Shown here in pieces: positions 34,855-43,681 of a stretch of 64,000 bases of DNA (its first letter is position 1; the number at the start of each line of letters is the position of its first letter). The position numbers and the translations under genes are program-made. Origin of the DNA: Actinomycetota bacterium (GTDB lineage Bacteria > Actinomycetota > CADDZG01 > WHSQ01); NCBI GenBank assembly GCA_036258555.1, contig DATADL010000250.1, positions 1,226 to 65,225 on the forward strand. The letters are read 5' to 3'. Below the pieces are notes generated by a model. That model had not been told where the DNA came from, ran no database searches, and worked only from the letters and a program-made list of their open reading frames with translations.

Positions 34855-36153
34855 CTAGCGCGACCTGGCCGAAGCTCCTATGTCACGGTCGCGCAACCGC
34901 TCCATCTTCGCCACCAGCTTCTCCTCGAGCCGGTCCACCGCCGCGGCCACCTGGACGAGGACGTCCGGCGCCCCGGGCTCCCGGGCGGTCTTGACCAGGA
35001 ACGCCTCGAGCTCGGCCAGGCGCTCGTGCAACAGCACCCAGGCCTGCCAGGTGTGCGGCAGGAGGTAGCCGCTGGCGTGGAAGAGCTCGAACGCGGGTCC
35101 CGCGGTCTTCCCGGGAGAATCCTCGCCCACGGGTAGCTCGGTCAGAGCCATCCCCAGAGGCCGGATGACCTGGATCATCAGGCCGACCGCCACGTCCGCG
35201 AGCGTGTCCAGCTGCTCGCGCGTCTCGTGCCCGTGCGCGAAGTACCGCGCGAGCGAATAGAGGAGGACCTCGTAGGAGACGTTGAACGCGTCCATGACCC
35301 TGGCCGTCAGCGGATCCGTGATCAGCTCGAACGTGTCGGTGTCCACCGGCGGGCGGCAGTGCGCGGCTATGACCGGACGCGACGGGTCGAAGGCGGGGTC
35401 CTCCCGCTTCATCGTCAGGTACTCGCCGAGGATGACGAGGAGGCGCCCGTAGTGCGCGTCCCTCCAGTGGCCCCTCGGCCCCTCGCCCTGCTCGACGACG
35501 ACGTCGATCGCCTGCCTCGCCGTCTTCAGGTCGGTCACCGCGACGAGCTCGGGCCACTGGAAGGTCTCGGGCGTCGCCTGTGACCACTCGTCTCCGATGA
35601 AGACCCACTCCTCGCCGTACCGGTCGACGAGCCGTTCGAACCCCTCTTCGATCGAGCGATAGAGCTCGCCCACGGTGCTGAAGTCCTGCGGACGCGGGAC
35701 GATGTCCTCGGGGTCCAGGACGGGCTCGGCCTCGCGCAACGACTCGAACCCCTCCGCGTCGACGAGCGTGATGCCCTCGGGCCGCTCGAGGAACAGGAAG
35801 TGCCGCAGCGCCGGCTCGCCGAACGGCAGCAGCGCGAACTGGACCCCGGGCGGGTAGTGCCGGCCCTGGACGGGGAGGTTCGGACGCCCGACCCGGGGCG
35901 CCGCGCCGACCGCAGCCAGGAGGTTGTTGACGAGGGCGAAGTGCAGCATCTCCTGCGCCGCGATCTCGAGGATCGTGGCGCGCCATCCCTCGATCGCGCG
36001 CAGCTGGCGCTCGGTCACCCCTTCGTCGACGGACTGCTTCAGCCCGAACGCCGCGAACAGGTACTGACAGCAGATCGCGTGCTCGATCTCGGCGGCCTCG
36101 ACGAGCATGTAGACGAGCGCGTCGCGGTTCTCGATGACGATGCGCCGGTCCAT
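34855..36153 (-). CDS. Ferritin-like domain protein (third VioB/RebD-type ferritin-like paralogue), 432 aa
   Basis: EAAEIEHAICCQYLFAAFGL and AQEMLHFALVNNLLAAVGA show the same paired motifs as the two proteins at 14.7-18.8 kb. Confidence 0.8.
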   Translation of the reverse strand: MDRRIVIENRDALVYMLVEAAEIEHAICCQYLFAAFGLKQSVDEGVTERQLRAIEGWRATILEIAAQEMLHFALVNNLLAAVGAAPRVGRPNLPVQGRHYPPGVQFALLPFGEPALRHFLFLERPEGITLVDAEGFESLREAEPVLDPEDIVPRPQDFSTVGELYRSIEEGFERLVDRYGEEWVFIGDEWSQATPETFQWPELVAVTDLKTARQAIDVVVEQGEGPRGHWRDAHYGRLLVILGEYLTMKREDPAFDPSRPVIAAHCRPPVDTDTFELITDPLTARVMDAFNVSYEVLLYSLARYFAHGHETREQLDTLADVAVGLMIQVIRPLGMALTELPVGEDSPGKTAGPAFELFHASGYLLPHTWQAWVLLHERLAELEAFLVKTAREPGAPDVLVQVAAAVDRLEEKLVAKMERLRDRDIGASARSR

Positions 36154-36163
36154 GCCGGCCGTC

Positions 36164-36688
36164 CTACTGGAAGAACAGCTGGCTTAGCGGCGTGAGCATC
36201 TCGGTCACGGAGCGAGTCGCCGCAAGGCGCTCGGCGGCGCAGAACCTCGCCTCCGCGCCCCGGGTGCCGGGGAACACGGAGAGCTGCATGCCGCCGGTGT
36301 CGATCGTCATGGCGGGGGCCGCGATCGAGACGTCCGCCCCGAACGTGAGACGGAGCTCGTCGCAGGACAGCTCCTGGATCGATACCGGGACGCTCGTGCG
36401 CGTGCCCTCGGGGACGACCGTCTTCGCGCTGCCGATCGTGCAGGTCCCGGCGACCGTCGCCGTGCCCGTGAGCTGGCTGCCGTCGAGCGCGAACCCCGTG
36501 AGGGTGACGGATCCCAGGAAGTCCCCGCTGCCGGAGCCCACCTGGCAGTCGGCCTCGATCACGTGGATCGAGAGGTTCTTGGGGGCCCAGGCGACACCGG
36601 TCATAGACCCGACGAAGCCCGCTACCGCGACGGCGAACGCCGCCGCTCTCGTCGATCCTGAAAACCTCACCGCAGACACCTCGCTCAC
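36164..36688 (-). CDS. Secreted hypothetical protein (174 aa)
   Basis: Signal peptide ending AWA. Gly/Thr/Ser-rich beta-type sequence. Its stop lies 10 nt before the ferritin-like gene start. Confidence 0.6.
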   Translation of the reverse strand: MSEVSAVRFSGSTRAAAFAVAVAGFVGSMTGVAWAPKNLSIHVIEADCQVGSGSGDFLGSVTLTGFALDGSQLTGTATVAGTCTIGSAKTVVPEGTRTSVPVSIQELSCDELRLTFGADVSIAAPAMTIDTGGMQLSVFPGTRGAEARFCAAERLAATRSVTEMLTPLSQLFFQ

Positions 36689-36736
36689 GTAGTCGACCCT
36701 CTCGGGACCTTGTTACCGGCCGCGGGCCTGGAAAGA

Positions 36737-36746
36737 AATACGTATT
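36737..36746. promoter_or_regulatory. Perfect 10-bp palindrome AATACGTATT in an AT-rich patch about 50 nt upstream of the secreted-protein/ferritin-like operon
   Basis: Self-complementary. It is the only AT-rich stretch in the 74-nt gap between the ABC permease and gene 36164..36688. Confidence 0.35.
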
Positions 36747-36762
36747 CCGGGCGGCCCTCGGC

Positions 36763-37512
36763 TCAGACCATCTCGCGGCGCCGGAAGAACCACAGCGCCA
36801 GCAGGAACATCCCCGCCGCGTACGCGCCCAGCAGCACGGCCGCCTCGGTCGTCGTACGGCTCTGCAACGTCGCGTCCGCCGAGCCCTCGATCACCCGGAC
36901 CATGTTCGTGCTGAGGAGCCAGTCGGACCACGAGGGCTTGTACGCCCGCACGAGCGACTCGACGATCAGCAGGTAAGCCATCCCGCCCCCCAGCGCGGCC
37001 CCCGTGTTCTTGCCGATGGTCGCGAGGCCGAACCCCAGGAGCGAGGCCACGACGGCGACCAGGACGATCCGGCCCCCCAGCTCGGCGTACTCCCCCCACG
37101 AGAAGGCGGGGGTGGGGCCGAAAGCGCTCTCTCCCGTCGCGGTCGGAAGCAGGACGGCCGTGAACACGATCTGGAGCGCGACGACCCACAGGACCGTGCA
37201 GACGGAGGCCGCGGCGGCCTTGGCCACGAGGACCCTCGACCGGCGGGGCTCCCAGGTCAGGAGCGCCGAGACGGTCCTGTGGCCCCACTCCGCACCGATG
37301 GCGCTGGCGCCGACGAGCCAGCCGAACATGAGCAACGGGAAGGCGAGGCCCAACATGGCGTCGCTCATCTCGGCCCGCGTGAACGCGCCGTCGTCGTTGA
37401 CGTAGATCAGCACGCCGATCAGCACGAGGCCCCCGATGAACAGGATCAGGAGCCAGCGGAAGAGCCGCCGCGACGCCAGCCGCGTCATCTCCGACCCGAA
37501 CAGCCTGGTCAC
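36763..37512 (-). CDS. ABC-2-type transporter permease
   Basis: Six hydrophobic segments. 4-nt overlap with the upstream ATPase gene. Confidence 0.75.
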   Translation of the reverse strand: MTRLFGSEMTRLASRRLFRWLLILFIGGLVLIGVLIYVNDDGAFTRAEMSDAMLGLAFPLLMFGWLVGASAIGAEWGHRTVSALLTWEPRRSRVLVAKAAAASVCTVLWVVALQIVFTAVLLPTATGESAFGPTPAFSWGEYAELGGRIVLVAVVASLLGFGLATIGKNTGAALGGGMAYLLIVESLVRAYKPSWSDWLLSTNMVRVIEGSADATLQSRTTTEAAVLLGAYAAGMFLLALWFFRRREMV

Positions 37513-38426
37513 GGCGCCTGCTCCCCGGTCAGCTCGAGGAACACGGTCTCGAGGTCGACCTCGTCCGGCCGGAGCTCGTACGGGTAGAGCCCACTGCCGG
37601 CGAGCGTCCGGGCGACGCCCGCGGCCTCGCGCGGCGGGATCGCGACGCGGAGCGCGCCGTCAGACTCCGTGGTCTCCATCCCGGCCGCCCGCAGGACCTC
37701 GGCCCCCCGGGCGGGATCGTCGAGCCTCACGAGGACACCGCTCCCCTGGGCGCGCCTCAGCAGGTCGTCGACGTCTCCCTGGGCGACGAGCCTGCCGCGC
37801 GACACGATCGCGACCCGGTCGCACATGAGCTGGACCTCGCTGAGGATGTGGCTCGAGACCACGACCGTCCGGCCCTCCCGCGCGAGCGAGCGCAGCAGCT
37901 CGCGAACCTCCCTGATGCCCGCCGGGTCCAGACCGTTCGCGGGCTCGTCCAGGAGCAGCAGCTCGGGGTCCTTCAGGAGAGCGCCGGCGAGCGCCAGCCG
38001 CTGGCGCATGCCCAGCGAATACGTCTTGACCGCGTGCCGCGCGCGGTCGGCCAGTCCCACGCTCTCGAGGACCTCCTCGACCCGCGTGTCGGGGAGGTCG
38101 TGGAGCGCCGCCAGGAGCTCGAGGTTCCTCCGTCCCGAGAACGTCGGGAACAGCGCCGGGGTCTCGACGATCGACCCCACGCGGGCGACGACCCGGTGCA
38201 GGTCCCTCTGCGAGTCGGCGCCGAGGATCCGGCACGTCCCCGAGGTCGGCCGGGCGAGCCCGAGCAGGCACCGGAACGTCGTCGTCTTGCCGGAGCCGTT
38301 CGGACCGAGGAACCCGAAGACGCCACCTGCTTCGACCTCGAGGTCGAGGCCGTCGAGTGCCCGCGTCGTGCCGCCGCGCAGGCGCCGGTAGTCCTTCTTC
38401 AGCCCTCGCACCTCGATCACCGCCAC
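37509..38426 (-). CDS. ABC transporter ATP-binding protein
   Basis: Walker A GPNGSGKTT, signature YSLGMRQR and Walker B LLLLDEP. Confidence 0.9.
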   Translation of the reverse strand: MAVIEVRGLKKDYRRLRGGTTRALDGLDLEVEAGGVFGFLGPNGSGKTTTFRCLLGLARPTSGTCRILGADSQRDLHRVVARVGSIVETPALFPTFSGRRNLELLAALHDLPDTRVEEVLESVGLADRARHAVKTYSLGMRQRLALAGALLKDPELLLLDEPANGLDPAGIREVRELLRSLAREGRTVVVSSHILSEVQLMCDRVAIVSRGRLVAQGDVDDLLRRAQGSGVLVRLDDPARGAEVLRAAGMETTESDGALRVAIPPREAAGVARTLAGSGLYPYELRPDEVDLETVFLELTGEQAP

Positions 38427-38436
38427 GCCGTAACGA

Positions 38437-38466
38437 TGTCACGACTCGGGAGGCCACGGCTACAAT
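38437..38466 (+). promoter_or_regulatory. Candidate sigma-70-type promoter (TGTCAC-N18-TACAAT) for the TenA/CADD-like gene
   Basis: Hexamers identified by eye only. Confidence 0.25.
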
Positions 38467-38555
38467 CCCCGCGCAGCCCTCTTCTCCCGTCGATCCCTCC
38501 CGTTTTTCGGGACGGGACGACGTGAGAAGCATCGCGGGACGACCTGGGAGGAGCC

Positions 38556-39227
38556 ATGCACGCCACTTCGGAGATCGCAGCACGCCTCGACCGCCGCACG
38601 GCGGACGACCGGCTCCTCGACCACCCCTTCTACCGGGCCTGGGCGGACGGGACGCTGACGCTCGACGACCTCCGCTTCTACTCCGCGCAGTACTTCAACC
38701 AGGTCGAGGCGTTCCCGGGCTACCTCGAGGCGCTCGCGGGGCGTCTGCCGGAGTCGCGGGCGCGCACGAGCGTCGCCGAGAACCTCGCCGACGAGCGCGA
38801 CGGCGACCACCCCGGGCTGTGGCTGCGCTTCGCCGCGGCGGTGGGCGCGGACGAGAGAACGGTTCGCGACACGCCCGCGGAGCAGGAGACGCTCGCGTGC
38901 ATCGCGGCGTTCGAGACCGCGGCGCGCGAGCGGTCGCCGCTGTTCGCGCTCGGGATGATCTACGGGTACGAGTCGCAGACCCCCGGCGTGTCCGCCACGA
39001 AGATCGCCGGGCTGCGCGAGCGGTACGGCGTCGGCGGCGCGGGCCTCGACTACTTCGAGCTGCACGGCGAGCTCGACGTCGAGCACGCGGGCGAGCTCGC
39101 GGCCGCGATCGCGGAGCTGAGCGAGTCCGAGGACGACCTGCGCGAGGCCGAGGAGGGGGCCGCGGCCGGAGCGCGCGCCGTCAGTGGTCTCCTCGACGGA
39201 GTCGCGCGTGTGCGCGGCATCGCCTGA
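38556..39227 (+). CDS. Heme-oxygenase-like-fold protein of the TenA/PqqC/CADD family (iron-containing redox enzyme family)
   Basis: HPFY.AW..G.L....L..Y..QY...V..FP, E.L.DE and YGYESQ patterns are typical of CADD/PqqC-like proteins. Confidence 0.7.
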   Translation: MHATSEIAARLDRRTADDRLLDHPFYRAWADGTLTLDDLRFYSAQYFNQVEAFPGYLEALAGRLPESRARTSVAENLADERDGDHPGLWLRFAAAVGADERTVRDTPAEQETLACIAAFETAARERSPLFALGMIYGYESQTPGVSATKIAGLRERYGVGGAGLDYFELHGELDVEHAGELAAAIAELSESEDDLREAEEGAAAGARAVSGLLDGVARVRGIA

Positions 39228-39969
39228 GCCGGCACGGGCACGCCGGCTAGCGGCGCTGTACGACCTGCACGGCAACGTCTTCGCGCTCGACGCGGTGCTC
39301 GCGGAGGCGCGCTCAGAAGGCGTCGACCTCGTGGTCTTCGGGGGCGACCTCGCGTGGGGCGCGTTCCCGCACGAGACCGTCGAGCGCGCGTTCGACCCCG
39401 GCCTCCCCGCGGCCTACGTCCGCGGGAACGGCGACCGCGAGATGGCGGCGCCGGTCGCCGACGGCGACGACTGGGTGAGCGAGATAACGCGCTGGTGCGC
39501 GGCGCGGCTGGACGAGCGGCAGCGCGCGGCGCTCGGCGCGCAGCCCGCGCACGCGACCGTGCGGGTCGACGGGCTCGGCGACGTGCTCTTCTGTCACGGC
39601 TCGCCGCGGAGCGACGAGGAGAGCCTGACGTTCCTGACCCCGGAGGAACGGCTCGGGGAGGCGACGGCCGGCGTCGACGCGCCCGTCGTCGTCTGCGGCC
39701 ACACGCACATGCAGTTCGACCGGACGTGCGGCGGGATCCGTGTCGTGAACGCCGGCAGCGTGGGGATGCCCTACGAGGGCAGGCCCGGCGCCTACTGGTG
39801 CCTGCTCGACGCGTCCGGGATCACGCTGCGGAGGACGGAGTACGACTTCGAGGCCGCGGCAGCCGCGATCGCGGGCTCGGGTGTCCCGTACGCCACCGAG
39901 ATGGCGCGGGACGTGCTGTCGCCCCCGGGAAGAGACGAGACCGCGGCGCAGTTCGAGGGCGGCGGCTAG
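39208..39969 (+). CDS. Metallophosphoesterase (calcineurin-like phosphoesterase) family protein
   Basis: LYDLHGN, VFGGDL, GNGD, CHGSP and VCGHTH metal-ligand motifs. The start (GTG at 39208) is uncertain. Confidence 0.8.
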   Translation: MCAASPEPARARRLAALYDLHGNVFALDAVLAEARSEGVDLVVFGGDLAWGAFPHETVERAFDPGLPAAYVRGNGDREMAAPVADGDDWVSEITRWCAARLDERQRAALGAQPAHATVRVDGLGDVLFCHGSPRSDEESLTFLTPEERLGEATAGVDAPVVVCGHTHMQFDRTCGGIRVVNAGSVGMPYEGRPGAYWCLLDASGITLRRTEYDFEAAAAAIAGSGVPYATEMARDVLSPPGRDETAAQFEGGG

Positions 39970-39972
39970 CGC

Positions 39973-41094
39973 CTACTTCGAGATCGAGAACGATCCCTTC
40001 ACGTCGCCCTGCTTGTCGGGCAGGAGCTCGATCCACGTCGTCCCCGCGTGCAGCACGAACGCGTCGCCCTTGCTCGTCTCGAAGCGCACGGGCTCGTCCA
40101 CGCTCTCACGAGTCCACTTGCCCGCGAACACCCTGCCGTCACGGAAGAGGAACGCCCGGCCCGACCCCGTGACGTCCTCGATCTCGGGGGACGGGGTGCC
40201 GAGCACGTCGCCGAGCTCGGCCGAGTGGTTCACCGTGTGCTCCTCGATGATCACGTTGTCGACCTCGATCTGCTCGCCGGACTCGTTGACGAGCGGGGCC
40301 TCGCCGTCGCTCCTCGCCCAGCGTTCGCCCGTCCACTCGTACGTGACGACCGCACCGGCGCTGAACGTCAGCGTCACCGACCGGGCGCGGCGGCCGACGC
40401 CGGGAAGGTCGCCGAACTCGAAGAGGTCGTCCGGAGGGGGGTCCTCGAACTGCCTGCGTCCGAGCTTGCGGATCGACGCGGTGTCCGCGTAGAGCGTGTG
40501 CTCGGAAGTGATCCCGGGGCGGTCCACGCGCGTCATCGCGTCGCCGGCGCCCGTCTCGTCGATCAGCACGACCTCCGCGTCGCGGAGCGCGTCGAGCACG
40601 ACGTCGTTCCCGCCGGCGGCGCCGAGGATCCGCGTGTACGGCGACATGATCGGCGGGTCCACGATGCGCGCGCTGCGCACCGGTCCGGCCTGGGCCGAGT
40701 CGGTGCAGTGGTAGATCGCCATGAACCGCGTCAGGCCGCCCTCGACGGGCTCCTCGTAGACGATCTCGGCGTCCTCTAGGCCCGACAGCGGGTAGGCGAC
40801 CGGATTGTTCTCGATCTTGACCGCGACCGCGGGACGCTCGACCCGGGACTCGGTCGCGGGATCCCGAGACGTGAGCGGGCATTCCGGGTCCGGCGCCAGC
40901 TCGTTGAGGACGGGCACGTCCGCGATGACGTCGCGGTTCGTCAGCACGTAGAAGATGCCGCCCGCCAGCACGAGGACGCTGCCGCCTATGGCCGCAGCGC
41001 GCTTCGCGTTCCTCGTCAACGATTCCTCCTCGGGGTTCGGATCGGGGGCACCGGGGGGCGCGTCGGCGGCCCCGCGCCACGGGACGGGGCGCAA
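39973..41094 (-). CDS. DUF3048-domain membrane-anchored protein (YerB-like)
   Basis: AVKIENNPVAYPLSGLEDAEIVYEEPVEGGLTRFMAIY closely resembles the DUF3048 core as I recall it. N-terminal transmembrane anchor. Confidence 0.8.
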   Translation of the reverse strand: MRPVPWRGAADAPPGAPDPNPEEESLTRNAKRAAAIGGSVLVLAGGIFYVLTNRDVIADVPVLNELAPDPECPLTSRDPATESRVERPAVAVKIENNPVAYPLSGLEDAEIVYEEPVEGGLTRFMAIYHCTDSAQAGPVRSARIVDPPIMSPYTRILGAAGGNDVVLDALRDAEVVLIDETGAGDAMTRVDRPGITSEHTLYADTASIRKLGRRQFEDPPPDDLFEFGDLPGVGRRARSVTLTFSAGAVVTYEWTGERWARSDGEAPLVNESGEQIEVDNVIIEEHTVNHSAELGDVLGTPSPEIEDVTGSGRAFLFRDGRVFAGKWTRESVDEPVRFETSKGDAFVLHAGTTWIELLPDKQGDVKGSFSISK

Positions 41095-41150
41095 CGATCC
41101 GGCGCCCGTCGGCGCACGACGGTATCACGGCGCGCGCGGCAAATCGCGGA

Positions 41151-42746
41151 TTGATCGCACCGGTTGCGGCCTTCCGCTGCAGTCTTGCTACTCTCTCGAC
41201 GGTGCTGTGGCTTCGAGGGGTAGCAAGCAAGAAGGTTGCGTTCGTCGCGCTCTCCGCCGCGGTCGCGGGCCTCGTCGTGCTCCCGCCCGGAGGCGGGACC
41301 GGAGCGGCCTCGCGCGAGCGATACAGGATCCGTAAGGAGCGGATCGCCCCGGGGCTCACCCTCCTGCGCGTGCACGACCGCAGGGGGCCCAACAGGATCC
41401 GCGCGTTGCGCGTCGACGCGTCGCGCGAGCTGTCGCTCGACACCGTCCTCGCCAACGACAAGATCCCGGGTCACGAGACCACCAGCTCGATGGCGGAACG
41501 GAAGGGCGCGATCGCGGCGATCAACGGCGACTACACGTTGGTGCCGTCGGATCCCGGCGCCGGCCGTCCCGTCAACCTCTTCGCGACCGACGGCGAGCTG
41601 ATCACGTCGTCGTTGATCTGGGGACGCAACTTCGCCGTCTCGCACGACGAGCAGAGCGCGTACGTCGGTCATCCGAGCGTGTCGATCACGGCGCTCCAGC
41701 ACGACTCCGGCGCGCTGTGGCGGATCCGCGACTGGAACGAGCAACAGGTCGAGCCGAGCGGGTACTCCGTGTACACGCCGGAGGGAGGCTCGCTGTTCCG
41801 GCCGCCCGAGGACGCGTGCTCCGTCCGTCTCGCCGCGCCGGCAGCCGTCGAGTGGAACGAGGACGGGACCGGCGTCCAGCAGGACCTGCTCGTCGAGACC
41901 TTCCGTTGCTCCGAGCGCCGGATGGCGCGCCGCGGCGGGATCGTCTTGTCGGCTCCCCAGGGGTCGCGACAGGCGGCCGCGATGGAGCGGTCGCTCGCGG
42001 TCGGCGAGACGATCAGCCTGACGTGGTCGGCGGGGTGGCCGGGCGTCCTCGACACGATCGGCGGGAACCCCACCCTGCTGGAGGACGGCGTGATCACCGC
42101 CGAGGACTGCGATACCTCGTACTTCTGCGATCGCAACCCGCGCACCGGCGTCGGCGTCACGGAGAGCGGCAGGATCCTCCTGGTGACGGTCGACGGGCGC
42201 CAGGAGAAGTCCGTGGGGATGACGCCCGTCCAGTTCGCGAAGCTGATGCGGTACCTCGGCGCGACCTGGGCCCTCAACCTCGACGGAGGAGGCTCGACCG
42301 CCATGTGGGTCGAGGGCGAGCTCGTCAACCGTCCTTCGGACGTGCCGGAGCGTGCGGTGGGATCCGCCCTGCTCGTTCTGCCGGGCCCGGACGTGGAGGA
42401 GCCCGTGCCGGTGCCGCACACGCCGCCGAGCCCGGCCCCCTCACCCTCGCCGTCGCCGTCGGCGTCGGTCTCCCCGTCGCCGTCGGTCTCGCCCAGCGCC
42501 GGGGCGGACGTCACGCCGGTCGTTCCGCTCAGCGGCTTCGAGCGCACGTTGTCGCGGGCGGCGCCGGCCTCGCCGCGCTGCCGCGCCCTGCACGATCCCG
42601 CGTCGACCGGCGGCATGCTCGACGCGCTCGCCCGCGGCGACCTCGGGCGCCGCCCACCGCGGCTCCCACGGCTGCTCGAGCGCGCGCTCGACGTCTATCG
42701 CGGGCAACTCACCTGCCGGCAGTTCGTCGCACGGGCGCTCCCTTAG
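41151..42746 (+). CDS. Phosphodiester glycosidase (NAGPA-domain) family protein with a Pro/Ser-rich linker and C-terminal tail
   Basis: AINGDY, NPRTGVG and ALNLDGGGST motifs. The PSPAPSPSPSPSASVSPSPSVSPS linker is low complexity. The start is uncertain (possibly near 41202). Confidence 0.75.
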   Translation: MIAPVAAFRCSLATLSTVLWLRGVASKKVAFVALSAAVAGLVVLPPGGGTGAASRERYRIRKERIAPGLTLLRVHDRRGPNRIRALRVDASRELSLDTVLANDKIPGHETTSSMAERKGAIAAINGDYTLVPSDPGAGRPVNLFATDGELITSSLIWGRNFAVSHDEQSAYVGHPSVSITALQHDSGALWRIRDWNEQQVEPSGYSVYTPEGGSLFRPPEDACSVRLAAPAAVEWNEDGTGVQQDLLVETFRCSERRMARRGGIVLSAPQGSRQAAAMERSLAVGETISLTWSAGWPGVLDTIGGNPTLLEDGVITAEDCDTSYFCDRNPRTGVGVTESGRILLVTVDGRQEKSVGMTPVQFAKLMRYLGATWALNLDGGGSTAMWVEGELVNRPSDVPERAVGSALLVLPGPDVEEPVPVPHTPPSPAPSPSPSPSASVSPSPSVSPSAGADVTPVVPLSGFERTLSRAAPASPRCRALHDPASTGGMLDALARGDLGRRPPRLPRLLERALDVYRGQLTCRQFVARALP

Positions 42747-42760
42747 CTAACCTCTCCGGC

Positions 42761-43681
42761 GTGAGCCGGCCGATTCTCGTCACGGGGTCCCACCGATCGG
42801 GGACCACGTGGGTCGGACGGATGCTGTGCGCGTCGCGTGAGGCCGGCTACGTGCACGAGCCGTTCAACCCCAACCGGTCGCCGGGATGGTTCCCCGAGCG
42901 CCTCCCCTACTGGTTCATGTACCTCACCGAGGAGAACGCGGCCCCCTACGAGCGCGCGGTCGAGGATCTCCTCGCGCTGCGATACCCCTTCGGGTCGCTC
43001 CTGCGCGCACGCAGCGCTAGAGGGCTCGCGCAGCAGGTACCCGAGGCGGCGCGGAGCGTCGCGTACCGGCTGGGGCGCCGCCGGACGCTCGTGAAGGACC
43101 CCATGGCGCTGTTCTCGGCCGAGTGGCTCGCGCGGCGGTTCGGGGCCGACGTGGTCGTGATGATCCGTCACCCCGCCGCATTCGTGAGCAGCATCAAGAA
43201 ATTGAGCTGGGGCTTCGACTACGAACGGAACTGGCTCGCCCAGGACCTGCTGATGCGCGACCTGCTCGGGGCGTGGGCGGAGTCGTTCCGCGGATACGAG
43301 GGCGAGGTCGACCTCGTCGGCGAGGGGATCGTGATGTGGAACGCGATGTACGACGTCGTCCGCGGCTACCGCGATCGCCACCCCGACTGGCACTTCGTGA
43401 GATATGACGACCTCGCCGACTATCCCGTGGACGGGTTCCGCGACCTCTACGCGCGCCTCGGCCTGCGCTGGGACGCGAGGGTGGCGCGCGAGGTCGAGCG
43501 GTCGACGCAGGAGTCGAACGTCAAGGAGGTCCCGGCGTGGCGCCGGCGCGCGATCAACCGCGACAGCCGCGCGGCGAAGAGGACGTGGACGAAGCGCCTG
43601 ACGCCCGGCGAGGTGGAGCGGGTCCGGCGCGGCGTCGCGGAGGTGGCGGCATCCTTCTACGCCGACGAGGAGTGGGGTTAG
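42761..43681 (+). CDS. Sulfotransferase family protein
   Basis: GTG at 42761. 5'-PSB-like loop ILVTGSHRSGTTWVG and a later VMIRHP..FV.S segment (3'-PB-like). The upstream part of track ORF 41717..43681 is a shadow frame. Confidence 0.7.
   Translation: MSRPILVTGSHRSGTTWVGRMLCASREAGYVHEPFNPNRSPGWFPERLPYWFMYLTEENAAPYERAVEDLLALRYPFGSLLRARSARGLAQQVPEAARSVAYRLGRRRTLVKDPMALFSAEWLARRFGADVVVMIRHPAAFVSSIKKLSWGFDYERNWLAQDLLMRDLLGAWAESFRGYEGEVDLVGEGIVMWNAMYDVVRGYRDRHPDWHFVRYDDLADYPVDGFRDLYARLGLRWDARVAREVERSTQESNVKEVPAWRRRAINRDSRAAKRTWTKRLTPGEVERVRRGVAEVAASFYADEEWG

Noticed and set aside
38427-38555. Possible TPP riboswitch upstream of the TenA/PqqC-like gene
   Set aside because: The region is too short and lacks the CUGAGA and ACCUGAUCUGGAUAAUGCCAGCG cores. 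Only fortuitous GTGAGA and ACCTGG strings are present.
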